DNA from: Candidatus Poseidoniales archaeon
GTDB taxonomy: Archaea > Thermoplasmatota > Poseidoniia > MGIII > CG-Epi1
Assembly (NCBI GenBank): GCA_045567975.1
Contig: JBJLBY010000016.1
Location: 1-33,650 of the forward strand
Direction: 5' to 3'
DNA: 33,650 bases
Positions within the stretch are counted from its first letter, which is position 1. Each line of letters starts with the position of its first letter. The notes beneath the pieces were generated by a model that worked only from the letters and a program-made list of their open reading frames with translations, did not search any database and had not been told where the DNA came from. The position numbers and the translations under genes were made by a program. Of the stretch, positions 16,945 through 26,115 are shown in pieces.

Positions 16945-18848
16945 AGATTAAATTATTTTTTGCTTTACTATTTATTTCATTAATATTTAACCCAACTGAG
17001 GCTATAGCTGAAGAGCATACTGTTTACGTTGGCACTGATGACAATCCCTTTATTTTTAGTTCAGATAGCATTCGTATAGCGCCCGGAGATACAGTATTAT
17101 TTGTTTGGACTGCCGGTCAACCTCACAATGTAGTTCAGGTTTCTGATGCATCATCTATGGCTTATGTTGAGAATGGCGATGTAGTTATTCCATTCCGTTC
17201 AGGTGAACCAGTTGACGGTGTCACTTGGTTGTTGGATTCAAATTATACCCAAGAAGAAACTACACTCTATTACATCTGTGAACCTCATGTTGGAATGCAA
17301 ATGAGAGGTCAAATTATTATTGAAAGCCGACCTGAAATGACATTAGATATAGGCAATTTCCCTTGGCTCTCGTATCTTCTTATTTTCCCATTGATAGGGG
17401 CTGTTTGGACGTTTGCTTTCAGAGATAGTCCAAGTGCACCAAGATTAATAGCATTAGTGACGACTCTGTTTACTCTCGGGATTTCCATATTAGTATTTAT
17501 CAAGCAAGCAGATTTATTTGGTGACGGGAGCGGCCCAGGTTCAGGTTTCGTCTTGGTTGAGGAATATGTGTGGGCACCTAATTTAGGTATTTCTCTTCTT
17601 CTTGGTGTTGATGGTTTAAGTTCGCCAATGGTTTTACTTACTGGAATAATAGTGCCTTTGACAGTTTTATTTTCCTGGCATGAAAAAGAAAAACCAGCAT
17701 TATTCTTTTCACTTTTATTAATAATGCAAACAGCACTCTATGGTGTTTTTATTACTCTTGATTATTTTGTTTTTTATATTTTCTGGGAAGTTGTTTTGAT
17801 CCCTATGTTCTTTTTGATTGCAATATGGGGTGGGGACAACAGAAAATATGCTTCGGTTAAATTTTTCATTTATACTTTTACAGCATCAGTAATAATGCTT
17901 GTAGGTTTCATGGCACTCTACTTTGAGACTGGAGCTAATTCGTTCTCAATGATCGAAATTGCTAAGCAGAATACAGAATTTTCTAGAGACTTCCAAATTT
18001 GGGTTTTTGCAGCTTTGTTTATTGGTTTTGCAGTTAAAATACCGTCAGTACCTTGGCATACATGGCTACCTGATGCTCACGTTCAGGCTCCAACTGCAGG
18101 TTCGATTCTTTTGGCTGGTGTGATGCTTAAAATGGGGCTTTATGGACTTATGCGAGCTGCCTTGCCAGTATTGCCTTTGGGTGCCGAATACTTCATTCCG
18201 GTAATGGTTGCTTTAGCTATAATTTCAATTCTTTATGGTGCTGCATTGAGTTTGGGTCAGACAGATATTAAGAAATTGGTAGCTTATTCTAGTGTTTCAC
18301 ATATGGGAGTAGCCCTTTTGGGTGTTGCTACAATGACTGAATTAGGTTTTGCAGGAGCTGTATTCATGATGTTTGCCCACGGCTTACTTAGTCCAGCTAT
18401 GTTTATGGTTGCAGGTGTTCTGTTACACCAATTAGGAACTCGAGATATACCAAGGTTGGGGGGTCTTGCTCAAAGGCAGCCAACAACAACTGGTCTTTTT
18501 GTTGTAATTTTCCTAGGTAGTCTAGGTGTTCCAGGTATGGCTGTATTCGTATCTGAATTGTCAGTTTTCATAGCGTTTTTTGAATCTCATGGTTATCTCT
18601 TACTTCTACCTATATTTGGAATGGTACTTACTGCAGGATATCATCTCTGGGCTCTTCAGAGAGCTATATTTGGAATTGAAAGCGACAAAATAGATATTGA
18701 AAAGGTGCATGAGGCGCCATGGTATGAGATGTATCCAATGTTTATTCTAATAGTAATTGCAGTGTTCTTTGGCATTTTCCCACATTATTTAATGGACACA
18801 ATATCGGCATCATCTTATGACATTCTGGACTTCATGGGGGTTCTTTAG
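16932..18848 (+). CDS. nuoM: Fusion protein: signal peptide + type-1 copper cupredoxin domain + complex I subunit M (antiporter-like)
   Basis: Residues 1-135 contain the signal-like KIKLFFALLFISLIFNPTEAIA, QPHNVV, and YYICEPHVGMQMRGQIIIE (Cys-x2-His-x2-Met). Residues ~137-638 form a NuoM core with FWEVVLIPMFF, WLPDAHVQAPTAGSILLAGVMLKMGLYG. Single uninterrupted frame. Alternative TTG start at 16941. Confidence 0.9.
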   Translation: MVTLKIKLFFALLFISLIFNPTEAIAEEHTVYVGTDDNPFIFSSDSIRIAPGDTVLFVWTAGQPHNVVQVSDASSMAYVENGDVVIPFRSGEPVDGVTWLLDSNYTQEETTLYYICEPHVGMQMRGQIIIESRPEMTLDIGNFPWLSYLLIFPLIGAVWTFAFRDSPSAPRLIALVTTLFTLGISILVFIKQADLFGDGSGPGSGFVLVEEYVWAPNLGISLLLGVDGLSSPMVLLTGIIVPLTVLFSWHEKEKPALFFSLLLIMQTALYGVFITLDYFVFYIFWEVVLIPMFFLIAIWGGDNRKYASVKFFIYTFTASVIMLVGFMALYFETGANSFSMIEIAKQNTEFSRDFQIWVFAALFIGFAVKIPSVPWHTWLPDAHVQAPTAGSILLAGVMLKMGLYGLMRAALPVLPLGAEYFIPVMVALAIISILYGAALSLGQTDIKKLVAYSSVSHMGVALLGVATMTELGFAGAVFMMFAHGLLSPAMFMVAGVLLHQLGTRDIPRLGGLAQRQPTTTGLFVVIFLGSLGVPGMAVFVSELSVFIAFFESHGYLLLLPIFGMVLTAGYHLWALQRAIFGIESDKIDIEKVHEAPWYEMYPMFILIVIAVFFGIFPHYLMDTISASSYDILDFMGVL

Positions 18849-20341
18849 TGGACGCTACTCTCCTGTTTTTGCCAGAGCTGTTACTGATTGCAAGTATCAT
18901 TGCTATTCCAGCATTATACATTGCAACAGAGAATAATAAGTCATTTTCCATATGTGCGAATTTATCACTTTTTATATCGCTAATTGTACTAGTAACATTC
19001 TGGTTTTATCCTGAGAACTTATCTTTGGATAAAGGCAGTGATTCTTACTCTATTTATGATCATTTCAAGGTGGATGATTTTTCTCAGATATTTAAGATTA
19101 TTTTTGTTATGACTGCACTGGCAGTTTCATTGATAAGTTCTTCTTACCTAAGGGATGACGAGCCTCACCAAGCTGAATATTATCTTCTAATACTTTCAAG
19201 TACTCTAGGTATGTTATTAGTAGCATCAGCTACAGATTTTTTGACCTTGTTTTTAGGTATTGAAATTTCAGCTTTCAGTAGTTATGCACTTGTGGCTTTT
19301 AGAAAAACTGATGATCAATCCACTGAAGCAGGAGCAAAGTATTTGCTTATTGGTGCCTTCTCATCAGCCCTTACACTGTATGGAGTTTCATTGATTTATG
19401 CTTTAACTGGAACCACAAACTTTGAAGGAGTTAATGCCTTTCTTATTGGTTTGAATAATGGAGTTATTTCAGGTAATTTCAATGAAATTATATTTATTTC
19501 AAGTTTATTCATTCTTGCAGGTCTTGGATTTAAGGTTGCAATCGTACCTTTCCATGCGTGGGCGCCTGATGTCTATCAAGGTGCACCTACTCCAGTCACA
19601 GCTTTATTGGCAGCAGCAAGCAAAGCTATGGGTTTTGTTGCTTTATTTAGAGTATTTGCATTTACTCTTGAATCATTCTCTGATGAATGGATGTTAGTTA
19701 TAGGGATAATAGCCTTAGCCTCTATGACATTAGGTAATTTAATTGCAATTTCTCAGGAAGATATAGGTCGGATGTTGGCTTATTCATCTATAGCACAGGC
19801 AGGTTACGTTTTAGTGGCTTTTACGGCCTTATCAAACGATGCTATTTCTGGTGGTATCGCACATATCTTAGTTCATGCATTCATGAAAGGAGGTGCCTTT
19901 GTTGTTGTAGCTGCAGTGGGTGCGGCAGGATTAGGTTACAGTATAGATTCCTACAAAGGTTTAGCAAAACGGTCGCAATTACTTGCCCTTTCAATGACAA
20001 TCTGCTTGCTATCATTAGTAGGTATACCTCCTTTTGCAGGTTTCATCAGTAAGTTCCTTTTGTTTTATGGTGTTTTACAAGTAGGAATTTCCGATGGTAG
20101 CACATGGATAATTGCCTTAGTTGTTGCTGGTGTGCTTAACTCAGCTTTATCTCTTTACTATTACTTGAGAGTAATGAGGTATATGTATATCTATGATCCT
20201 ACAGATGACGATGTTAAGTTCTCAGATTCCATGCGTTATATTGCATTGTTTGCAGCTCTGTCTCTGTTCGTTATAATTCCTATTTTCTGGGAATCCTTGT
20301 ATAGTCTTTGTAAGGATGCAGCAATGGCATTGCTTTCATGA
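18848..20341 (+). CDS. nuoN: Complex I subunit N (antiporter-like)
   Basis: PFHAWAPDVYQGAPTPVTALLAAASKAMGF. 497 aa. The GTG start overlaps the nuoM TAG by 1 nt. Confidence 0.9.
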   Translation: MDATLLFLPELLLIASIIAIPALYIATENNKSFSICANLSLFISLIVLVTFWFYPENLSLDKGSDSYSIYDHFKVDDFSQIFKIIFVMTALAVSLISSSYLRDDEPHQAEYYLLILSSTLGMLLVASATDFLTLFLGIEISAFSSYALVAFRKTDDQSTEAGAKYLLIGAFSSALTLYGVSLIYALTGTTNFEGVNAFLIGLNNGVISGNFNEIIFISSLFILAGLGFKVAIVPFHAWAPDVYQGAPTPVTALLAAASKAMGFVALFRVFAFTLESFSDEWMLVIGIIALASMTLGNLIAISQEDIGRMLAYSSIAQAGYVLVAFTALSNDAISGGIAHILVHAFMKGGAFVVVAAVGAAGLGYSIDSYKGLAKRSQLLALSMTICLLSLVGIPPFAGFISKFLLFYGVLQVGISDGSTWIIALVVAGVLNSALSLYYYLRVMRYMYIYDPTDDDVKFSDSMRYIALFAALSLFVIIPIFWESLYSLCKDAAMALLS

Positions 20342-20598
20342 TAGATAAAGAGAGTAAAAAATATTTGCAATTTGAAAAAATGTGGGATGGTATTACACCC
20401 AAAGGAACAAATGTCAGTAAAAAGAATTCATTTCGTTCTCTCATGAAAAACAACTGTCAGCAAGAAGGTTTTGAATTCAGCAAAATAAATTCTTATTTAG
20501 TTTATTCTGGAGAATATAAGAATCTGGATGAAGATACAATAATTAAAAACGACATAAAATTAACAAGGCCACCTAGGCGTCATTTACGCAAGTTTTAA
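20338..20598 (+). CDS. Hypothetical 86-aa hydrophilic basic protein, translationally coupled to nuoN
   Basis: ATGA overlap with the nuoN stop. No TM segment and no recognised family. C-terminus TRPPRRHLRKF. Confidence 0.4.
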   Translation: MIDKESKKYLQFEKMWDGITPKGTNVSKKNSFRSLMKNNCQQEGFEFSKINSYLVYSGEYKNLDEDTIIKNDIKLTRPPRRHLRKF

Positions 20599-21572
20599 TT
20601 TTTATCATTGCCAAGTAATTCGTTTGTGAAAGCAATAGGTACTTGTTCGAGTAACTTTTTTTCAGGAGTATCTGGAACGTCCTTTAGGAATTTTCTTGCC
20701 ATTTCTTGCCAAGGTTCAATTAAGCTTTCAAAAATTTCTTGAGCGTGACTTATTTCTACATTTTCAATTAAAGCTTCACTATTACCATTATATACAAAAT
20801 CAGCGACCATTTCTCTGTATTGAGGATACTTGCCAAGTTTAGTCACAGGTAATGTCGGTATCTTCAGTGCTAAATCACCAACTGGTGTTTTTGTTATTAA
20901 TGAGTTTAGTAAGTCTAAGAAATCATCTGTAATTTGATATAATATACCTACACTTTCACCATATTTGTACATATTTGTTGATAAATCGGTTCTTGGAGAT
21001 ACTAGAGCGCCTAGTTCTGCAGCTGTACTGAAAAGTGCACCTGTTTTTCTCTTTATACGATGAAGATATACAGATTCACTGTAATTTTCTTTGTCAGTAA
21101 AATCTGCTATTGCACCCTCAGACAAATTTCTAACGCATTTTGCCAGAGATTTCCCAGTTTCAAGAGAAATAGCTCCATGAAGTGAACCAGTTGCAGCCAT
21201 CAAATCACCAACCAACACTGAAGTTCTTGGACCCAGTTCATTCCAGAGAGATGGTGCAGCTCGCCTAAATTTGTCTCCATCGATCCAATCATCATGTATT
21301 AGAGCACCACAGTGGACAAGTTCAAGGGCCATGCCACATTCAAAAGCTAGATGTGTGTCTCCTCCCAAGGCATCTGAAACTAACCTACACAGTACAGGTC
21401 TAAGTTTTTTACCGCCAGAAATTCCCTTTCGCATTAGATTACCAATTTCAGTAGGTTCTTTTGCAATCTCTCTTTCTATGTGATCAATGAATTCGCTTTT
21501 CACCAGTTTATAGTAATCACTAAGTTCATCTGAAGTAGCTAAATCAATTCTAGTTTTAATGTTATTATTCAT
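20595..21572 (-). CDS. trans-Polyprenyl diphosphate synthase (GGPP/longer-chain type)
   Basis: First Asp-rich motif LIHDDWIDGD and second motif ITDDFLD. Its ATG abuts the MenA stop (TAAATG). Confidence 0.85.
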   Translation of the reverse strand: MNNNIKTRIDLATSDELSDYYKLVKSEFIDHIEREIAKEPTEIGNLMRKGISGGKKLRPVLCRLVSDALGGDTHLAFECGMALELVHCGALIHDDWIDGDKFRRAAPSLWNELGPRTSVLVGDLMAATGSLHGAISLETGKSLAKCVRNLSEGAIADFTDKENYSESVYLHRIKRKTGALFSTAAELGALVSPRTDLSTNMYKYGESVGILYQITDDFLDLLNSLITKTPVGDLALKIPTLPVTKLGKYPQYREMVADFVYNGNSEALIENVEISHAQEIFESLIEPWQEMARKFLKDVPDTPEKKLLEQVPIAFTNELLGNDKN

Positions 21573-22868
21573 TTAAGTGTACTCCAATCCTAAAATCATC
21601 AGTATACCAGTTATTGCATGTATACCAATAGTGCCCCAATTAGCTATGGCTAATTCTCTTGTGTTGTAGCTTGTTATTACTTTGTAAGAGCAATATATCG
21701 CTATTGGTAGCGCAAGTAATGATAGCAAGGCACCTTCTGGAAGGATATTGTAAATGTGTAGTAGGTAAATTGAACTAAAAGCAGTAATCATGAGTACAAC
21801 ATATCCCCAGCTGGCCTTTTCCAATCCAAGAACTACAACTAGATGGTTTTTTCCAGCTATTTCATCAGAGTCTCGATCTGGGAATTGATTTATCCAAAGA
21901 ATGGCAGTTGTTAGTATACCTAGTGGTATTCCAAACATAAATGCATCCCAATTATGAATTCCACTCATTGCAAATATAGCCCCCATAGTCATTAATGGAC
22001 CATAGTTCAGTCCAATTAGTATTTCTCCGAGCCCTTTTCTAGCTACCAGCCTGAGCGGATATCCAGTGTAGAAGTATGCTGAAAACGCTCCAGCTAATCC
22101 ATAGTATAATAGTTCAAATTTATTGTCACCAAGAGTAGACATAACGCCAATTCCCATCAAACCTGCAAGACCCAAGAAAACAGTTGCAAGGTTGAAAAGT
22201 TGTTTTTCTGTTATCAATCCCAATTCGATTGCTCTACTTCCACCAGATAATTGAAGAAAATAGTCATTATTGATTTGATCTGTTCCACTAGTCCAATCAA
22301 AATAATCATTGTAAGTATTAGCAGCTAGGTGGAGAAAAGATCCCCCTAATATTACATATATAAATGTCATCCACTCCATACTAATCATATCTTGGTTTAT
22401 TGCCCAAACCACACTTGCTATGATTGGTATCCATGTAGCGCTCAGAAATGGTAATCTTGTGATTGCTACTATAGAAATAAATCTAGTTAGTAGTGAAGTA
22501 TGAGGCATTGCGTCCTCAGGTGAGACGTCTACGAGTTCTTTAGTTCTTCCACAATAACCTACATGTTTTCCTTTCTTGATTGTGGCAGTTACTCTGAATT
22601 CAGCTGCAAATTTAGTTCCATCCTTTCTGATAAAGGTGGTTTTAGTACTATAGCCATTTTCATTTTCTCTAGCTTTTTTGAGCCAGTTAGCTACATGTCC
22701 TAGAACGACCAAACCTGGTGAGAAAAGAGATACTCTTTTTTTATCAACAATTTCTTCAGCAGAGTATCCGAATAGTTTTTCAGCGTTTTTATTGAACGTT
22801 TCGATTCTTCCTTCAGTATCGCATGTTATTACACTTACTATTCGGTCTGCTTCAGCTTGGTCAGACAT
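21573..22868 (-). CDS. menA: PAS domain fused to a 1,4-dihydroxy-2-naphthoate polyprenyltransferase (MenA, UbiA superfamily)
   Basis: Residues ~8-112 carry the PAS pattern ITCDTEGRIETFNKNAEKLFGYSAEEIVDKK...FIRKDGTKFAAEF. The membrane part carries NTYNDYFDWTSGTD and INQFPDRDSDEIAGKNHLVV, which match the two MenA Asp-rich motifs. Confidence 0.8.
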   Translation of the reverse strand: MSDQAEADRIVSVITCDTEGRIETFNKNAEKLFGYSAEEIVDKKRVSLFSPGLVVLGHVANWLKKARENENGYSTKTTFIRKDGTKFAAEFRVTATIKKGKHVGYCGRTKELVDVSPEDAMPHTSLLTRFISIVAITRLPFLSATWIPIIASVVWAINQDMISMEWMTFIYVILGGSFLHLAANTYNDYFDWTSGTDQINNDYFLQLSGGSRAIELGLITEKQLFNLATVFLGLAGLMGIGVMSTLGDNKFELLYYGLAGAFSAYFYTGYPLRLVARKGLGEILIGLNYGPLMTMGAIFAMSGIHNWDAFMFGIPLGILTTAILWINQFPDRDSDEIAGKNHLVVVLGLEKASWGYVVLMITAFSSIYLLHIYNILPEGALLSLLALPIAIYCSYKVITSYNTRELAIANWGTIGIHAITGILMILGLEYT

Positions 22869-22892
22869 ATACTTATTCTCTAGTTAAACTGG

Positions 22893-22900
22893 TATTTAAA
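22893..22900 (-). promoter_or_regulatory. Candidate TATA box TTTAAATA for the menA-polyprenyl synthase transcript
   Basis: A consensus octamer on the minus strand, centred ~28 nt upstream of the PAS-MenA ATG (22868). This implies a leaderless or very short-leader mRNA. Confidence 0.4.
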
Positions 22901-22917
22901 ACATCCACTTATAATGC

Positions 22918-25900
22918 CTAATATTTTACCTTCAGAAGAGGTTTGAGATAGCTTGATTCTCCCTCCTTTAGGGAATCGATTGCAGCTTTGGCTCCGGTGA
23001 GTGTAGTTATGAAAGGGATACCCAGTTCAACAGCCAATCTTCTCATTTGAGCACCGTCAGTAGCGGCTCTTTTTCCAGTAGGAAGATTGACAATTAGATC
23101 TACCTCTCCATTTCTCATTACAGATAGGATATCTGGTTGCCTTTGATCAGATATTCTCCAGATTACGTCACTAGATATTCCATCCTTTCTAAGATGGGCA
23201 GCTGTACCTTTAGTAGCTATAATTTTGAATCCTAAGTCTTTGAATTCTTGTGCTATGTTGCTAAATTCTAATTTTAATTTATTAGATATTGACAGGAAAA
23301 CAGTGCCACTAGTTGGCAATTTTTTGTTTCCTCCCTTCATTGCTTTCAAGTAAGCAGTTCCAAAATTTGGACCATGCCCCATAGCTTCACCAGTAGATTT
23401 CATTTCAGGACCCAATACTGTATCGAGTCCAGTAATTTTTAGCCAAGAAAAAGTTGGTACTTTTACAGAGGAGCCTTTCATGGGTATAATCTCTGGTAGA
23501 TTCTTTAATCTTTCACCAAGCATTGCGTTAACAGCTATTCTTGCAAGTGGATAACCAGTAGATTTACTTACATATGGTAGAGTTCTACTAGCTCTTGGGT
23601 TAGCTTCTAAAAGATAAATTTTTTCATCTTTTATAGCTAATTGAAGGTTTGCTGCACCAACAACTTTCAAAGCTTTTGCTACTTTCTTTGAAATACTAAT
23701 TATTTCCTTTTCAGTTTTTTTGTCTAACGATTCAGGAGGCATAACGCAAGCACTGTCCCCGGAGTGTACGCCTGCCATTTCAATTTGTTCCATTATAGCG
23801 CCAATTATTACATTCTTACCATCAGAAATCAAATCTACATCTAGTTCAACTGCACCTTCTAGAAATTTGTCAACTAGTACTGGCTTGTCAGGTGTTGCAT
23901 GAGTTTCTAACTTTAGATATTTTTTCAATTGAGTCTTATTGTGAACAATCTCCATTCCTCTTCCTCCCAAAACGAATGATGGTCTAACAAGAACAGGATA
24001 TCCTATTTTCTCAGCATATGAGATAACTTGTTCTGAGTTTTCAGCAGCAGCCCACTCAGGCATGTTGATACCTGCCTTTTCCATTAGTTTTCCACACTTA
24101 CCACGATCTTCTGCCAAATCCATATCACGAACTGTAGTTCCAAGTATTTTCGTCTTTAACTTTTCATCCTTAATGTATTTCTCAATGTGTGCTGCCAAAT
24201 TAACTGCAGTTTGACCACCTAATTGTAAAATAATTCCATACGGTTTCTCTAAATCTAGAATTTCGAATATAGCTTCTCTATCTAGAGGCTCAAAGTATAG
24301 TCTATCTGAGGCGTCGAAATCGGTTGAAACAGTCTCAGGATTATTATTTACCACTACTGCGTCATATCCTGCATTTCTTGCAGCTTGCACACCATGCACT
24401 GTAGAATAATCAAATTCAATTCCTTGTCCTATACGTATTGGTCCGGAACCTAGGATAACAATACTTTTTCCAGTTCTAAATTTTGTTTTCTGGTCGGCAT
24501 ATGTAGAGTAGAAGTATGGCGTTTTTGCTTCGAATTCGCCAGCACAAGTATCAACCATAAGGAAGCTTGATATTATTCCCAATTTTTTTCTCTTATTCCG
24601 GATGATATCCTGTTTTATTCCAGTTAGATGGCTTATATGTTTATCTCCAAAGCCATTCTCTTTGAGTGTAGTCAAAAGTTCATCTGACAACTTATTTTTA
24701 GCCTTAATAGCTTCAATTTCTAATCTAACTAGTTTAGCTATTCTTTCTATAAAGAAAGCATGGAATTCAGTTATCTCACATACTTTTTCTATACTTTTCT
24801 TTGTAGCACTTTCCTTCTTCAAATAGGTCCATATTGCTAGTAATCTTTGGTCGTTTGGTTTACTAAGTTTGGTATTTAGCTCCTTTTCACTCCAATTCAA
24901 GTTTTCAGGGTATCCTTCCCCTTGACCAATAGATCTCCAAGCTTTCATCAGCGACTCCTCAAAGGTTCGTCCAATGGACATAGTTTCACCTGTTGACTTC
25001 ATTTGAGTTCCTAGCTCTCTATCTGCTAGCTTGAACTTGTCAAATGGCCATCTTGGTATTTTTGTTACTATGTAATCAATAGATGGTTCAAAGGCAGCAC
25101 TTGTGTTTCCTGTTACTCTATTAGATAATTCATGTAATTTATACCCTAAACACAACATTGCTGCAATTCTTGCTATTGGAACGCCAGTTGCTTTGGAGGC
25201 CAGTGCAGATGATCTTGAAACACGAGGATTAACTTCGATTAAGATATAGTCTTGAGTTTTCGAATTATATGCAAATTGTACATTACAACCCCCCACGATT
25301 CCTAAACTTTTTACAACTTTCAATGCAGAAGTACGTAATTTTTGATATGCTCTTTCAGGTAATGTTAGAGATGGTGCAACAACAATAGATTCCCCCGTAT
25401 GTACACCCATAGGGTCTAAATTTTCCATTGAACAAACAATAATTGCATTGTTATCTTCATCTCTCAAAACTTCAAACTCAAATTCTAACCAACCTAAAAT
25501 GGATTCTTCAACTAGAAGTTGTTTTACTGGTGAGAGAGCTAAGCCTCTTCCAGCTATAATTTCTAGTTCTTCCTCATTGTAAGCAATTCCTCCACCTGTA
25601 CCTCCCAAAGTAAATGCAGGCCTAATTACTACAGGATAGTTTAATTTTTCAGCTAATTTCAATGATGCATCAATAGTAGTGGCGATACCACTCTTTGCCA
25701 CAGGTTCTCCGATTTCTACCATTCTCTTACGGAATAAATCTCTATCTTCCGCCATCTCAATAGATTTTAGAGAAGTCCCTAGAAGTTTCACTCCATGTTT
25801 CTTCAGCACTCCCTTTTCATTTAATCCTACTGTCAAGTTGAGACCTGTTTGACCACCCATTCCAGGAATTATAGCATCAGGTTTTTCTTTTTCAATTATT

Positions 25901-26115
25901 TTTTCAACAGATTCTACCGTCAAAGGTTCAATGTAAACAATGTCTGCAGTGTCTGGATCAGTTTGTATCGTAGCTGGATTTGAATTCACAAGGACGACAG
26001 TATGGCCAGCTTCTCTTAGTGCTGAACAACACTGTGAACCTGAATAATCAAATTCAGCAGCTTGTCCAATAATTATAGGTCCAGCTCCAGGAACTAGGAT
26101 TTTCATTTTATCCAT
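22918..26115 (-). CDS. carB: Carbamoyl-phosphate synthase large subunit
   Basis: 1065 aa with duplicated ATP-grasp halves beginning GAGPIIIGQAAEFDYSGSQ and GSGPIRIGQGIEFDYS. C-terminal MGS-like domain. Confidence 0.97.
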   Translation of the reverse strand: MDKMKILVPGAGPIIIGQAAEFDYSGSQCCSALREAGHTVVLVNSNPATIQTDPDTADIVYIEPLTVESVEKIIEKEKPDAIIPGMGGQTGLNLTVGLNEKGVLKKHGVKLLGTSLKSIEMAEDRDLFRKRMVEIGEPVAKSGIATTIDASLKLAEKLNYPVVIRPAFTLGGTGGGIAYNEEELEIIAGRGLALSPVKQLLVEESILGWLEFEFEVLRDEDNNAIIVCSMENLDPMGVHTGESIVVAPSLTLPERAYQKLRTSALKVVKSLGIVGGCNVQFAYNSKTQDYILIEVNPRVSRSSALASKATGVPIARIAAMLCLGYKLHELSNRVTGNTSAAFEPSIDYIVTKIPRWPFDKFKLADRELGTQMKSTGETMSIGRTFEESLMKAWRSIGQGEGYPENLNWSEKELNTKLSKPNDQRLLAIWTYLKKESATKKSIEKVCEITEFHAFFIERIAKLVRLEIEAIKAKNKLSDELLTTLKENGFGDKHISHLTGIKQDIIRNKRKKLGIISSFLMVDTCAGEFEAKTPYFYSTYADQKTKFRTGKSIVILGSGPIRIGQGIEFDYSTVHGVQAARNAGYDAVVVNNNPETVSTDFDASDRLYFEPLDREAIFEILDLEKPYGIILQLGGQTAVNLAAHIEKYIKDEKLKTKILGTTVRDMDLAEDRGKCGKLMEKAGINMPEWAAAENSEQVISYAEKIGYPVLVRPSFVLGGRGMEIVHNKTQLKKYLKLETHATPDKPVLVDKFLEGAVELDVDLISDGKNVIIGAIMEQIEMAGVHSGDSACVMPPESLDKKTEKEIISISKKVAKALKVVGAANLQLAIKDEKIYLLEANPRASRTLPYVSKSTGYPLARIAVNAMLGERLKNLPEIIPMKGSSVKVPTFSWLKITGLDTVLGPEMKSTGEAMGHGPNFGTAYLKAMKGGNKKLPTSGTVFLSISNKLKLEFSNIAQEFKDLGFKIIATKGTAAHLRKDGISSDVIWRISDQRQPDILSVMRNGEVDLIVNLPTGKRAATDGAQMRRLAVELGIPFITTLTGAKAAIDSLKEGESSYLKPLLKVKY

